NCBI GenBank assembly: GCA_934183155.1
Contig: CAKPSB010000002.1
Span: forward strand, 64,834-128,833
Direction of reading: 5' to 3'
DNA: 64,000 nt
Source of the DNA: an uncultured Bacilli bacterium
Lineage (GTDB): Bacteria; Bacillota_I; Bacilli_A; RF39; UBA660
Under the pieces are notes generated by a model that was not told the DNA's origin, searched no databases, and saw nothing but the letters and a program-made list of their open reading frames with translations. A program made the position numbers and the translations under genes. Of the stretch, positions 20,006 through 30,694 are shown in pieces. Every line of letters starts with the position of its first letter. Within the stretch, counting starts at the first letter, position 1.

Positions 20006-21802
20006 ATGAAGAAAAAAGGATTTACATTAATAGAATTACTAGCAGTAATAACTATATTAGGAATTATATTATTAATAATAGTTCCAAACGTTACGGGTAT
20101 GTTAAACCGTTCAAAAGGAAGAATAAATGAAGAACAAAAAAGAGCATTAATAGATAGTGCCAAAAAATGGGGGACAAACAATTTATTACTCAAAAACGGT
20201 AAAGCGTATTATAATAACAATCAAAAAAGATATGTAACCTTAGGTGAATTAAAAAACTATGGATACCTAGAAGATAAAAAAATTAAAAATTTAATCAATA
20301 AATCAGATATTCCTGATGAAACAAAAATATGTATAAATTATAAAAACAATCAATTTGTCTATTCAATTAATGATGATAATATGTGTGAAAACAATTACCC
20401 TATTATGATGAAAAGAGATACGTCTAAAGCATTCTGGCAATCTGATTATAAAAATAAAATATCTACAGTAGCTGTTCTTGATAATAAAAACGTTCCTTCA
20501 ACTGTAGTAGCATCATGGGATGTATCAGAGAAACAAAACAAATCAGTTATGGCTTGGATTATAGATGATCCAAATAATAGCGGTATGTATAAGCTTTATA
20601 TTGGTGGTGATGGAGGAGTTGCTGCACCAGCTGATTCAAGTAATTTATTTGATGGGGGTATCGAAGGCCAAGAAGAAAATTTTGGTAAAACAAAGACAAT
20701 GAATTTAGCAAAATTAGATACATCAAGAGTAACAAATATGGAGGGGATGTTTGCTGGTTGTGGTTCTCTTACGAACTTAGATGTAAGTAACTTTGATACA
20801 AGCAAAGTAACAAATATGAGTTATATGTTTTCTGGCTGTGAGTCTCTTACCAGCTTAGCTTTAAATAGCTTCGATACAAGCAAAGTAACAGATATGAGTG
20901 GTATGTTTAGCTATAATTCTCTTACAAGTTTAGATGTAAGTAACTTTAATACAAGCAATGTAACAAATATGGCTTCTATGTTTAGGTACTGTAGTTCTCT
21001 TACCAACTTAGACATAAGTAACTTTAATACAAGCAAAGTAACAGATATGAGTGGTATGTTTAGCGATAGTTCTTTTACCAGCTTGGATTTAAGCAACTTT
21101 AATACAAGCAAAGTAACAGATATGAGTCGAATGTTTTATAATTATAGGTCTCTTACAAGCTTAGATTTAAGTAATTTTAACACAAGTAATGTAACAAATA
21201 TGAGTTATATGTTTGGCAGTTGTGGTTCTCTTACCAGCTTGGATTTAAGCAACTTTAATACAAGCAAAGTAACAAATATGGAAGCTATGTTTGATAGTTG
21301 TAGGGCTCTTACCAGCTTGGATTTAAGCAACTTTAATACAAGCAAAGTAACAAATATGTATTATATGTTTTATGACTGTAGTTCTCTTACAAACTTAGAC
21401 GTAAGTAACTTTAATACAAGCAAAGTAACAGATATGGGTTATATGTTTTTTCGCTGTAGTACTCTTACCAGCTTAGATTTAAGTAAATTTGATACCAGCA
21501 ATGTAGCAAATATGAGTGGTATGTTTAATTATTGTAGTTCTCTTACCAACTTAGATGTAAGTAACTTTAATACAAGCAAAGTAACAGATATGGGTTATAT
21601 GTTTAGGTATTGTAAATCTCTTACCAACCTAAAATTGTGTTCATTTGATACTTCTAAAGTAACAAATATGTATTCTATGTTTGAGGGTACTTCAAAATTA
21701 ACTAAAGTTTATGTTGGACCTAAATGGACAACGGCAAATGCTACTACAACTAGTATGTTTACTAGGAGTGGAGTATCAGCAGTAACAACAAATCAATGTT
21801 AA
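20006..21802 (+). CDS. prepilin-type N-terminal domain fused to a BspA/DUF285 leucine-rich-repeat surface protein (paralogue 1; ~13 repeats of 26 aa)
   Basis: 'MKKKGFTLIELLAVITIL' class-III signal; repeats 'SLTSLDLSNFNTSKVTNMSYMFxxC'; conserved C-terminus '…VSAVTTNQC'. Confidence 0.75.
   Translation: MKKKGFTLIELLAVITILGIILLIIVPNVTGMLNRSKGRINEEQKRALIDSAKKWGTNNLLLKNGKAYYNNNQKRYVTLGELKNYGYLEDKKIKNLINKSDIPDETKICINYKNNQFVYSINDDNMCENNYPIMMKRDTSKAFWQSDYKNKISTVAVLDNKNVPSTVVASWDVSEKQNKSVMAWIIDDPNNSGMYKLYIGGDGGVAAPADSSNLFDGGIEGQEENFGKTKTMNLAKLDTSRVTNMEGMFAGCGSLTNLDVSNFDTSKVTNMSYMFSGCESLTSLALNSFDTSKVTDMSGMFSYNSLTSLDVSNFNTSNVTNMASMFRYCSSLTNLDISNFNTSKVTDMSGMFSDSSFTSLDLSNFNTSKVTDMSRMFYNYRSLTSLDLSNFNTSNVTNMSYMFGSCGSLTSLDLSNFNTSKVTNMEAMFDSCRALTSLDLSNFNTSKVTNMYYMFYDCSSLTNLDVSNFNTSKVTDMGYMFFRCSTLTSLDLSKFDTSNVANMSGMFNYCSSLTNLDVSNFNTSKVTDMGYMFRYCKSLTNLKLCSFDTSKVTNMYSMFEGTSKLTKVYVGPKWTTANATTTSMFTRSGVSAVTTNQC
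20690..21660 (+). repeat. tandem 78-bp coding repeats (26-aa DUF285/BspA LRR units) in paralogue 1
   Basis: Periodic 'agcttagat(g/t)taagtaactttaatacaagcaaagtaaca(a/g)atatg' units. Confidence 0.8.
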
Positions 21803-21835
21803 ATAATAAAATTAATAAAAAGTTGAGGTTATAAA

Positions 21836-23782
21836 ATGAAGAAAAAAGGATTTACATTAATAGAATTACTAGCAGTAATAACTATATTAGGAATTATATT
21901 ATTAATAGTAGTTCCAAACGTTACGGGTATGTTAAACCGTTCAAAAGGAAGAATAAATGAAGAACAAAAAAGAGCATTAATAGATAGTGCCAAAAAATGG
22001 GGGACAAACAATTTATTACTCAAAAACGGTAAAGCGTATTATAATAACAATCAAAAAAGATATGTAACCTTAGGTGAATTAAAAAACTATGGATACCTAG
22101 AAGATAAAAAAATTAAAAATTTAATCAATAAATCAGATATTCCTGATGAAACAAAAATATGTATAAATTATAAAAACAATCAATTTGTCTATTCAATTAA
22201 TGATGATAATATGTGTGAAAGCAATTACCCTATTATGATGGCAAGAGATAGGTCTAAAGCATTTTGGCAAAGTACATATAAAGATAAAATATCTACAGTA
22301 GATGTTCTCGATAATAAAAACGTTCCTTCAACTGTAGTAGCATCATGGGACGTATCAGAGAAACAAAATAAATCAGTTATGGCTTGGATTATAGATGACC
22401 CAGATAATAGTGGTATGTATAAACTTTATATTGGTGGTGATGGAGGAGTTGCTGCCCCAACTAATTCAAATGGGTTATTTGGTGGATATAATTCTAATTT
22501 TAGTAAAACAAAGACAATGAATTTAACTAATTTAGATACATCAAGAGTAACAAATATGATAATGATGTTTTATGATTGTAGTTCTCTTACCAGCTTAGAT
22601 TTAAGTAATTTTGATACAAGTAATGTAACAGATATGAGTAATATGTTTTATAAATGTAGTTCTCTTACGAACTTAGATATAAGTAATTTTAATACAAGCA
22701 AGGTAACAAATATGGATACTATGTTTTATGGTTGTAGTTCTCTTACTAGCTTAGACGTAAGTAACTTTGATACAAGAAATGTAACAGATATGAGCTGGAT
22801 GTTTAGTGGGTGCAGTAAACTTACCAACTTAGATGTAAGTAATTTTAATACAAGCAAAGTAACATCTATGAGTAGTATGTTTTCTGGTTGTAGTTCTCTT
22901 ACCAGCTTAGACGTAAGTAAATTTGATACAAGCAAAGTAACATCTATGAGAAGTATGTTTTCTGGTTGTAGTTCTCTTACCAGCTTAGACGTAAGTAAAT
23001 TTGATACAAGCAAAGTAACAAATATGAGTTATATGTTTTTCTTTTGTAGTTCTCTTACCAGCTTAAATGTAAGTAATTTTAATACAATCAAAGTAACAGA
23101 TATGAGTTTTATGTTTTCTGATTGTAAATCTCTTACAAACTCAGATGTAAGTAACTTTGATACAAGTAAAGTAAAGAATATGAGTGGTATGTTTAGGTAT
23201 TGTAGTTCTCTTACCAGCTTAGATGTAAGTAACTTTGATACAAGCAAAGTAACAAATATGGACAGTATGTTTCTGGGCTGCAGTAAACTTACCAGCTTAG
23301 ATTTAAACAACTTTAATACAAGCAAAGTAACGGATATGTTCCAAATGTTTACTCATTGTAATTCTCTTAAAAATTTAGATATAAGTAAATTTAATACGAG
23401 CAATGTAACAGATATGGGTTCTATGTTTTATGGCTGCAGTAAACTTACAAATTTAGATGTAAGTAACTTTAATACAAGCAATGTAACAAGTATGTTCCAA
23501 ATGTTTAGTGGGTGTTGGGCTCTTACCAGCTTAAATGTAAGCAACTTTGATACAAGCAAAGTAACAAATATGAGTTATATGTTTATAGCCTGCAGTAAAC
23601 TTACCAGCTTAAAATTGTGCTCATTTGATACATCTAAAGTAACGACAATGAATTCTATGTTTTATGGTACTTCAAAATTAGCTAAAGTTTATGTTGGATC
23701 TAAATGGACAACGGCAAATGCTACTACAACTAATATGTTTACTGGTAGTGGCGTATCAGCAGTAACAACAAATCAATGTTAA
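21836..23782 (+). CDS. prepilin-type N-terminal domain fused to a BspA/DUF285 LRR surface protein (paralogue 2; ~15 repeats)
   Basis: First ~630 nt >95% identical to paralogue 1; identical 33-bp upstream spacer. Confidence 0.75.
   Translation: MKKKGFTLIELLAVITILGIILLIVVPNVTGMLNRSKGRINEEQKRALIDSAKKWGTNNLLLKNGKAYYNNNQKRYVTLGELKNYGYLEDKKIKNLINKSDIPDETKICINYKNNQFVYSINDDNMCESNYPIMMARDRSKAFWQSTYKDKISTVDVLDNKNVPSTVVASWDVSEKQNKSVMAWIIDDPDNSGMYKLYIGGDGGVAAPTNSNGLFGGYNSNFSKTKTMNLTNLDTSRVTNMIMMFYDCSSLTSLDLSNFDTSNVTDMSNMFYKCSSLTNLDISNFNTSKVTNMDTMFYGCSSLTSLDVSNFDTRNVTDMSWMFSGCSKLTNLDVSNFNTSKVTSMSSMFSGCSSLTSLDVSKFDTSKVTSMRSMFSGCSSLTSLDVSKFDTSKVTNMSYMFFFCSSLTSLNVSNFNTIKVTDMSFMFSDCKSLTNSDVSNFDTSKVKNMSGMFRYCSSLTSLDVSNFDTSKVTNMDSMFLGCSKLTSLDLNNFNTSKVTDMFQMFTHCNSLKNLDISKFNTSNVTDMGSMFYGCSKLTNLDVSNFNTSNVTSMFQMFSGCWALTSLNVSNFDTSKVTNMSYMFIACSKLTSLKLCSFDTSKVTTMNSMFYGTSKLAKVYVGSKWTTANATTTNMFTGSGVSAVTTNQC
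22520..23650 (+). repeat. tandem 78-bp coding repeats in paralogue 2
   Basis: Same unit as paralogue 1; it also produces the spurious antisense ORFs listed in the track. Confidence 0.8.
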
Positions 23783-23815
23783 ATAATAAAATTAATAAAA
23801 AGTTGAGGTTATAAA

Positions 23816-25051
23816 ATGAAGAAAAAAGGTTTTACATTAATAGAATTACTAGCAGTAATAACTATATTAGGAATTATATTATTAATAGTAGTTCCAAACG
23901 GTACGGGTATGTTAAACCGTTCAAAAGAAAGAATAAATGAAGAACAAAAAAGAACATTAATGGATAGTGTTAAAAAGTGGGGGACAAGTAACTTAACGCT
24001 TAAAAATGACAGAGTATATTATAATAATAGTCCCAAATCGTATGTTACTATAGGTGAGTTAAAAAACTATGGATATTTAGAAGATAAAAAAATTAAAAAT
24101 CTAACTAATAAATCAGACATTTCGGATGAGACAAAAATATGTATAAATTACAAAAACAATCAATTTGTCTATTCAATTAATGATGATAATAAGTGCAAAA
24201 ACAATTACCCTATGATGATGGAAAGAGATGTGTCTAAAGCTTTTTGGACTTATGAGTCAAGAATATCTACTATAGATGTTCTTGACAATAAAAGCGTACC
24301 CAATAATGCAGTAGCATCATGGGACGTATCAGAGAAACAAAATAAATCAGTTATGGCTTGGATTATAGATGATCCAAATAATAGTTATATGTATAAACTT
24401 TATATTGGTGGTGATGGTGGTGTTGCCGCCCCAGCTGATTCATATTCATTATTTGGTGGGTATGAAAGTAGTTTTGATAGAACAAAGACAATGAATTTAG
24501 CAAAATTAGATACATCTAAAGTAGCAAATATGAGCGAAATGTTTGCCTATTGTAATTCTCTTACCAGCTTAGATGTAAGTAACTTTGATACAAGTAATGT
24601 ACTAAATATGCGTGCTATGTTTGCCGGTTGTAATAATCTTACTGATTTAAATATAAGTGGCTTTGATACAAACAATGTAAAGAACATGGCATATATGTTT
24701 TATAATTGTAATTCCCTTAAAACTTTAAATTTAAGTTCATTTGATACATCTAAAGTAATATATATGGATAACATGTTTTACAATTGTAATTCCCTTACAA
24801 GCTTAGATTTAAACAACTTTAATACAAGTAGTGTAACAATTATGGATTCAATGTTTGCCGAGTGTAGTTCTCTTACAAGCCTAAAATTATGTTCATTCGA
24901 CACATCAAAAACAACCATAATGAGTTATATATTCAGTGGCACTTCAAAATTAACTAATGTTTACGTTGGAAGCAAATGGAAAACTGTAGCTACAGCAACT
25001 AATATGTTTACTGGTAGTGGCGTATCAGCAGTAACAGAGGGTCAATGTTAA
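23816..25051 (+). CDS. prepilin-type N-terminal domain fused to a BspA/DUF285 LRR surface protein (paralogue 3; ~6 repeats)
   Basis: Same N-terminal module and same upstream spacer; shorter repeat array; ends '…VSAVTEGQC'. Confidence 0.75.
   Translation: MKKKGFTLIELLAVITILGIILLIVVPNGTGMLNRSKERINEEQKRTLMDSVKKWGTSNLTLKNDRVYYNNSPKSYVTIGELKNYGYLEDKKIKNLTNKSDISDETKICINYKNNQFVYSINDDNKCKNNYPMMMERDVSKAFWTYESRISTIDVLDNKSVPNNAVASWDVSEKQNKSVMAWIIDDPNNSYMYKLYIGGDGGVAAPADSYSLFGGYESSFDRTKTMNLAKLDTSKVANMSEMFAYCNSLTSLDVSNFDTSNVLNMRAMFAGCNNLTDLNISGFDTNNVKNMAYMFYNCNSLKTLNLSSFDTSKVIYMDNMFYNCNSLTSLDLNNFNTSSVTIMDSMFAECSSLTSLKLCSFDTSKTTIMSYIFSGTSKLTNVYVGSKWKTVATATNMFTGSGVSAVTEGQC
24500..24930 (+). repeat. tandem 78-bp coding repeats in paralogue 3
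   Basis: Same unit as paralogue 1, more divergent. Confidence 0.7.
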
Positions 25052-25065
25052 ATAATTAATGATTC

Positions 25066-25092
25066 AAAGCTAGATATACCCTAGCTTTTTTT
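25066..25092 (+). terminator. rho-independent terminator
   Basis: AAGCTAG-atatacc-CTAGCTT followed by TTTTTT. Confidence 0.6.
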
Positions 25093-25129
25093 CAGCAAAT
25101 ATGATATTATCTTTGAGGAAGTGATTTAC

Positions 25130-26539
25130 ATGTTAAAACCAGAATTAAAAGAAGCAAAAAAAAGAACAAAGAACAAAGTTGATATAAAAAAATATACAAT
25201 AGATAATAATTTAAAAAATTTAGGCGAAGGCAAAACTTATTTTGTAAAAACATATGGCTGTCAAATGAATGTTCATGATTCTGAAAATATAAAAGCTATA
25301 TTAGAACAAATGAAATTTAAAGAAGCCAGCAGCATGGAAACAGCAGATCTAATTTTACTTAATACATGCGCTATTAGAGAAAACGCTCATAATAAAGTAT
25401 TTGGTATGATTGGAAGAATTAAACACATGAAAGAGGAAAGACCAAATATAATTGCTGGAGTGTGTGGTTGTATGGCTCAAGAAGAAGTGGTTGTTAATGA
25501 AATATTAGACAAATATAAATGGCTTGACTTTGTATTTGGTACGCACAACATTCATGAACTTCCTAAAGTTTTAGAAAATGCTATGAATAATAAAAAAATA
25601 GATATAGAAGTCTACAGCTGCGAAGGAGACATCATCGAAGACATGCCAGCCAAAAGAGACAGCAAATATAAAGCTTGGGTAAATATTATGTATGGATGTG
25701 ATAAGTTTTGTACATATTGTATAGTACCATACACTAGAGGCAAACAAAGAAGCAGAAGATTTGGAGATATTATAAGAGAAGTTAAATCATTAAAAGATGA
25801 AGGCTATAAAGAAGTAACCTTACTTGGCCAAAATGTTAATGCTTATGGTAAAGATTTAAACTTAGAATATGACATGGGTGATCTATTAAAAGCTGTTGCT
25901 GAAACAAATATCGAAAGAGTTAGATTTATTACATCTCATCCTTGGGATTTTACAGATAAAATGATTGATATAATTGGAAAATATCCTAATATAATGCCTT
26001 ATATTCATCTTCCTCTGCAATCTGGAAGTGACAAAATATTAAAATTAATGGGAAGAAGATATACCAAGGATTCTTATTTAAAATTATTTAAAAAAATAAA
26101 AGAAACAGTACCTAATGCCGCAATCACTACAGATATTATTGTTGGCTTTCCAGGTGAAACAGAAGAAGATTTTAATGATACCTTAGAAGTCGTAAACGAA
26201 TGTAAATATGATTCAGCCTTTACCTTTATTTTTTCTCCTAGAGAAGGCACACCAGCCGCAAAAATGAAAGATGATGTACCATTAAAACAAAAAGAACAAC
26301 GATTATACAAATTAAATGAAGTTGTCAATAAATACGCTAAAGAGGCTAATGAAAAATATAAAGATAAAGTAGTAAAAGTATTACTTGAAAATGAAAGTGA
26401 AAAAGAAGGAAAACTTGCAGGATATACAGAAACAATGAAGTTAGTTAATGTTAAAGCACCAAAGAGTATGCTTGGACAAATTGTTGATGTGAAAATAACC
26501 GACGTTAAAACATGGAGTATGGATGGCAAGATAGCTTAA
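25130..26539 (+). CDS. miaB: tRNA (i6A37) methylthiotransferase MiaB (radical-SAM MTTase with TRAM domain)
   Basis: 'YFVKTYGCQMNVHDSE', radical-SAM 'CDKFCTYC', C-terminal TRAM; ATG at 25130 after GAGGAA. Confidence 0.85.
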   Translation: MLKPELKEAKKRTKNKVDIKKYTIDNNLKNLGEGKTYFVKTYGCQMNVHDSENIKAILEQMKFKEASSMETADLILLNTCAIRENAHNKVFGMIGRIKHMKEERPNIIAGVCGCMAQEEVVVNEILDKYKWLDFVFGTHNIHELPKVLENAMNNKKIDIEVYSCEGDIIEDMPAKRDSKYKAWVNIMYGCDKFCTYCIVPYTRGKQRSRRFGDIIREVKSLKDEGYKEVTLLGQNVNAYGKDLNLEYDMGDLLKAVAETNIERVRFITSHPWDFTDKMIDIIGKYPNIMPYIHLPLQSGSDKILKLMGRRYTKDSYLKLFKKIKETVPNAAITTDIIVGFPGETEEDFNDTLEVVNECKYDSAFTFIFSPREGTPAAKMKDDVPLKQKEQRLYKLNEVVNKYAKEANEKYKDKVVKVLLENESEKEGKLAGYTETMKLVNVKAPKSMLGQIVDVKITDVKTWSMDGKIA

Positions 26540-26548
26540 TTAATAAAA

Positions 26549-26585
26549 CCCCGTTTCTTGAGAACATAGAAACGAGGTTTTTATA
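26549..26585 (+). terminator. rho-independent terminator
   Basis: CCCCGTTTCT…AGAAACGAGG followed by TTTTT. Confidence 0.6.
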
Positions 26586-26813
26586 TGTCAAAATTAAATT
26601 GTTCAGTTAACAGATTCATTAATGATTCTTCCACAAGTATCCATTTTAACAAATATTATTATACTTTATCAAAAACTGATAAAGATGATAAATAAAAGCG
26701 TAAACGAAAATATTAAGCGTCCTCACATTTTATTATTGTTTAAAAGTAATTAATGATATTGAAATTTATTTAATATTTTGGTATTATCTATATAAAGAGT
26801 AGGAGATAAATTT

Positions 26814-28145
26814 ATGGAAAATTCTAATAAAAAGAATAAAATTTTAGATTTTGTTCAAAAAGTTGAAGACAGAGCCAATGATACTTTAAATGACTCTTTA
26901 TTGGACGAAGATGCAAAAGGAGAAAATTTTAATGTCAGCAGTAGTGATATAGTCAAAAATTCAACCAGAGCCAAATTATCAAAAATACCATGGCTAATAG
27001 CTATATTCTTAATCTTAATTATATCATTAATGATTGGAACTATGTTTTTCAAAAATAACCCTAAAACCTTGTTTACTCAAACAATTGACGGGATGTTTTC
27101 CTATTTAGAAAACAATTTCAATGATAGTGCCTATGACATTACTGACGGTAATATAAGTTTAAATTATAATTTAATAACAGATAAAGAAAACAATCAATTA
27201 AATGAAGATTTAAATCATATAAAATGGAACATTGATTATGTATTAGATAGTGCCTCAAACAAGGCCTATATCGATTTAAAAACAAAATATGATGATGATA
27301 ATTTGCTTAATTTAAATGTGTATTCCGATGATATAAACACTTATATATATATACCAAGTTTATATAACAAATATATCAAAACAAAAACCGAAAAAAAAGT
27401 TGGCTTTGCAACTAGTCATGATATAAGAGTTATTCTCGACGGCTTCAATCAAGCCATTGATAAAGTTATCAATAACGAAAAAATTTATAACGCCAAAGAA
27501 GACATTCAAATAGATAATAAAAATATCAAAGCATACAAAACTAAACTTATTGTTAGTAAACAAAACAGAGATAGAGTTAGTGCAACTTTTATAAACACCT
27601 TAAAAGCAAATGATGAATTTGTAGAATCACTAGCCAAACTCAAAAGACAAACAACTAGTGAAATTACTGAAAAATTAGATAAATATTCAACCAAGTTAAA
27701 CAAAAAACTAAAAACCCTAGGTACATTAGATGTTTCACTTTATACAAACAGAAAAACAAAAGACTTTTTAAAAGTTACCTTTGCAGCTAAAAATAAAAAT
27801 GCTAGTTTAATAAGACTAGCTCAAGATAAATTTTCTTATGAACTAAATAAAGAAGACCAACAAGAAAGCGGCGAATTTTCTTTAAAGGTAAATGATAATA
27901 AAACAAAATACATAATCAATACTACATATAAAAAAGTAGAAAATGGTAATACCGTTTTTGAAGATAATTGTAATTTAAAACTAACTAATAAAAAAGCAAA
28001 TTCATTTAAAAAAATAGATACTACAAGTAGTGTCACTCAAGATCAAATAAGTGATTTAGAGAAAGCTCAAATATATATGAATGTTGTAAATAATCAAAAA
28101 TTGAATAGTATAATAAGTAAATACATAAAAACTTTTGAAAACTGA
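26814..28145 (+). CDS. hypothetical membrane-anchored protein (single TM, large extracytoplasmic domain)
   Basis: TM 'IPWLIAIFLILIISLMIGTMFF'; no recognisable catalytic motif. Confidence 0.5.
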   Translation: MENSNKKNKILDFVQKVEDRANDTLNDSLLDEDAKGENFNVSSSDIVKNSTRAKLSKIPWLIAIFLILIISLMIGTMFFKNNPKTLFTQTIDGMFSYLENNFNDSAYDITDGNISLNYNLITDKENNQLNEDLNHIKWNIDYVLDSASNKAYIDLKTKYDDDNLLNLNVYSDDINTYIYIPSLYNKYIKTKTEKKVGFATSHDIRVILDGFNQAIDKVINNEKIYNAKEDIQIDNKNIKAYKTKLIVSKQNRDRVSATFINTLKANDEFVESLAKLKRQTTSEITEKLDKYSTKLNKKLKTLGTLDVSLYTNRKTKDFLKVTFAAKNKNASLIRLAQDKFSYELNKEDQQESGEFSLKVNDNKTKYIINTTYKKVENGNTVFEDNCNLKLTNKKANSFKKIDTTSSVTQDQISDLEKAQIYMNVVNNQKLNSIISKYIKTFEN

Positions 28146-28212
28146 TATAAAATTATCAGTTTTTTATCATTTTTAGACCATAAAAGCATATCTTAAAATG
28201 AGGGGTGATAAT

Positions 28213-28746
28213 ATGGCATCATATAAAGAAATAGTAACTAAAGCAATTATTGGAAAAGGAAAAAAACACTTTAAAAATAATTATTCATTAAAAGTAGAAA
28301 ATAAGCCAACTACTGTCTTAGGTTGCTGGGTAATAAACCATAAATTTAAGGGATATAAATCAGGTGATAAAATAGGAGTAGATGGTTCCTTTGATATAAA
28401 CATCTGGTACTCATATAACAGTGACAGTCAAACAGCCGTTATCAATAAAAAAATAGAATATAATGAGCTATTCAATGTTAAATTAAAAGAAAACACCGAC
28501 TCCACCAATGCCGATATTATTGTAAGATCTTTAAAACAACCAACTTGCTCCGGCGTTAATATCAAAGATGATGAAACAATATCATTTAACATTGAAAAAG
28601 AATTAGGCGTTGAAATAGTAGGAGAAGCCAAAGTTAAAATAGCAGTTGAAGAAGATGAAGAGCCATGGGAAGAAATAACAGATGATGTAGATGAAGACAC
28701 ATTAAAAGAAATAGACGAAAAAGTAGACGAAGATTATCTAAAATAG
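28213..28746 (+). CDS. cotE: spore coat morphogenetic protein CotE homologue
   Basis: 'SYKEIVTKAIIGKGKKHF…VLGCWVINHKF…DINIWYSY…LKQPTCSGVNI…EIVGEAKVKIAVEEDEEPWEE' is collinear with B. subtilis CotE, including the acidic tail. Confidence 0.7.
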   Translation: MASYKEIVTKAIIGKGKKHFKNNYSLKVENKPTTVLGCWVINHKFKGYKSGDKIGVDGSFDINIWYSYNSDSQTAVINKKIEYNELFNVKLKENTDSTNADIIVRSLKQPTCSGVNIKDDETISFNIEKELGVEIVGEAKVKIAVEEDEEPWEEITDDVDEDTLKEIDEKVDEDYLK

Positions 28747-28817
28747 TGCGAAAAAACGCACTTTTTTTAACTTGTCAAAAATAGTTATAAAAGTGTATAA
28801 TTATTTAGGTGATTAAA

Positions 28818-30626
28818 ATGGCAATAATAAAAGTAATGGATGAACTACTTGCAAATAAGATAGCCGCTGGTGAAGTTGTTGAAAGATGCGCATCAGTTGT
28901 TAAAGAACTCGTAGAAAATAGTATAGATGCTGGCAGTAGTGAAATAAAAGTTGAACTAGAAGATGCTGGAACAAAGCAAATAAAAGTAATTGACAACGGT
29001 AAAGGAATGGATAAAGACGACGCCGTATTAGCTTTCTCACGTCATGCCACCAGCAAAATAATAGACGAAGATGATTTATATCGTCTAACAACGTTAGGCT
29101 TTAGAGGAGAAGCCTTAGCGTCAATTGCCGCCGTAAGTAAAGTTGACTTAAAAACATGTCAAAAGGATATCGGAACCCATGTCATCATAAATGGTGGAAA
29201 AATATTAGAAACAGGTTTGGGAGATGCTAGAAAAGGTACAACAATAAGTGTATCTGAACTTTTTTACAATACCCCAGCAAGACTAAAACACATGAAAAGC
29301 TTATATACTGAACTAGCTAGTATAACTGATTATATAAATAAATTAGCATTATCAAGACCCGACATAAGATTCACCTTAAAAAACAATGACAATACCATAT
29401 TAAAAACAGATGGATCCAATAATATTTTAAAAGTAATAAGCAGTATCTATGGAACAGCCGTAGCTCGTAAAATGGTCCCAATTAAAGGAGAAAATAGTGA
29501 TTATGAAATATCTGGCTATATATCCCTTCCAGAAGTACATAGATCAAGCAGAAATAACATGGTCACAATTGTAAATGGTAGAGTAGTTAGAAACGCCGAT
29601 ATAAATAGAATAATTAACGATGCCTATCACTCATATAAACCAGATAACAGATACCCAATAACTGTTATTAACATATTAGTAGACCCAAGTGTTATAGACG
29701 TAAATATCCATCCAACCAAAATGGATATTAAATTTAGTAAAATGGACACCTTATTAGACCTTATTAAAGCAACTGTAATAGCAGGTATAACGGATAGAAA
29801 TTTAATACCAGAAGTATCAATCAGAAAAGAAAAGCCAAAAAGAGAAATGCTATTTTTTGATCTAGAAAGGCATTCCAACAAACCATCAATAACCCCAAAG
29901 CCAATAGAAGAAATTATTCCCGTAAATGATACAATATATGAAGACGAAACAAATGGTGATATCGTTCATGAGGTAGTCATGGGAAACGACAATTATGAAA
30001 TAAAATTAGATGAAGAAGAAAAAGAATTTATGCCAGAAATGTACCCCGTTGGATTAGTACATGGAACATACATAATATGCCAAAACGAAAAAGGAATGTA
30101 CATCATAGACCAGCACGCTGCCAAAGAAAGATGTAATTATGAAAAATATAAAGAAGCTATGGGCAAACCAAACATAGCCTCTACAAGCTTGCTTTTCCCA
30201 ATAACCATAGAGCTATCAAACGAGGAATATATAATTTTAAAAGAAAACATGCATATATTAGAAAGCTTAAAATTTAAAATAGAAGATTTTGGCATAAATT
30301 CAATTATAGTAAAGCAACATCCCGCTTGGCTTCCCAAAGACAATGAAGAACAAGCAATCAGAAAAATAATTGAAATAGTAATTCAAACAAAAAAAGATTT
30401 TAGTATTGAAAAATTTAATGAGAAAGTAGCAACCATGATGAGCTGCAAACACGCTATAAAAGCTAACACAAATTTAACCATGAACGAAATGGAAGCCCTA
30501 ATAACTGATTTAAGAAATTGCAAAAATCCATTTAATTGTCCCCACGGAAGACCAACAATGATATATTACTCAAATTATGATTTAGAAAAATTATTTAAAC
30601 GTAGTGGATTTGATAATATAAAATAA
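28818..30626 (+). CDS. mutL: DNA mismatch repair protein MutL
   Basis: GHKL ATPase 'LANKIAAGEVVERCASVVKELVENSIDAG', 'DNGKGM', C-terminal dimerisation domain; ATG at 28818 after AGGTGA. Confidence 0.9.
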   Translation: MAIIKVMDELLANKIAAGEVVERCASVVKELVENSIDAGSSEIKVELEDAGTKQIKVIDNGKGMDKDDAVLAFSRHATSKIIDEDDLYRLTTLGFRGEALASIAAVSKVDLKTCQKDIGTHVIINGGKILETGLGDARKGTTISVSELFYNTPARLKHMKSLYTELASITDYINKLALSRPDIRFTLKNNDNTILKTDGSNNILKVISSIYGTAVARKMVPIKGENSDYEISGYISLPEVHRSSRNNMVTIVNGRVVRNADINRIINDAYHSYKPDNRYPITVINILVDPSVIDVNIHPTKMDIKFSKMDTLLDLIKATVIAGITDRNLIPEVSIRKEKPKREMLFFDLERHSNKPSITPKPIEEIIPVNDTIYEDETNGDIVHEVVMGNDNYEIKLDEEEKEFMPEMYPVGLVHGTYIICQNEKGMYIIDQHAAKERCNYEKYKEAMGKPNIASTSLLFPITIELSNEEYIILKENMHILESLKFKIEDFGINSIIVKQHPAWLPKDNEEQAIRKIIEIVIQTKKDFSIEKFNEKVATMMSCKHAIKANTNLTMNEMEALITDLRNCKNPFNCPHGRPTMIYYSNYDLEKLFKRSGFDNIK

Positions 30627-30694
30627 GAAAAATTAATCTAGCATTTAGCTAGATTTTCTTTATAAAATAAGTTATAATCAAAAAGGTGATAAAA

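Noticed and set aside
20596-23325. Multiple 60-100-aa minus-strand ORFs inside the BspA-like genes (20596-20805, 20911-21111, 22726-23013, 23029-23325).
   Set aside because: These are antisense reading frames generated by the 78-bp coding repeats. They are L/K/T-rich mirror images of the repeat and have no RBS.
20690-24930. Regularly spaced ~78-bp repeats that could be mistaken for a CRISPR array.
   Set aside because: The repeats are contiguous with no unique spacers, lie in frame within long ORFs and encode LRR units. There is no cas gene context.
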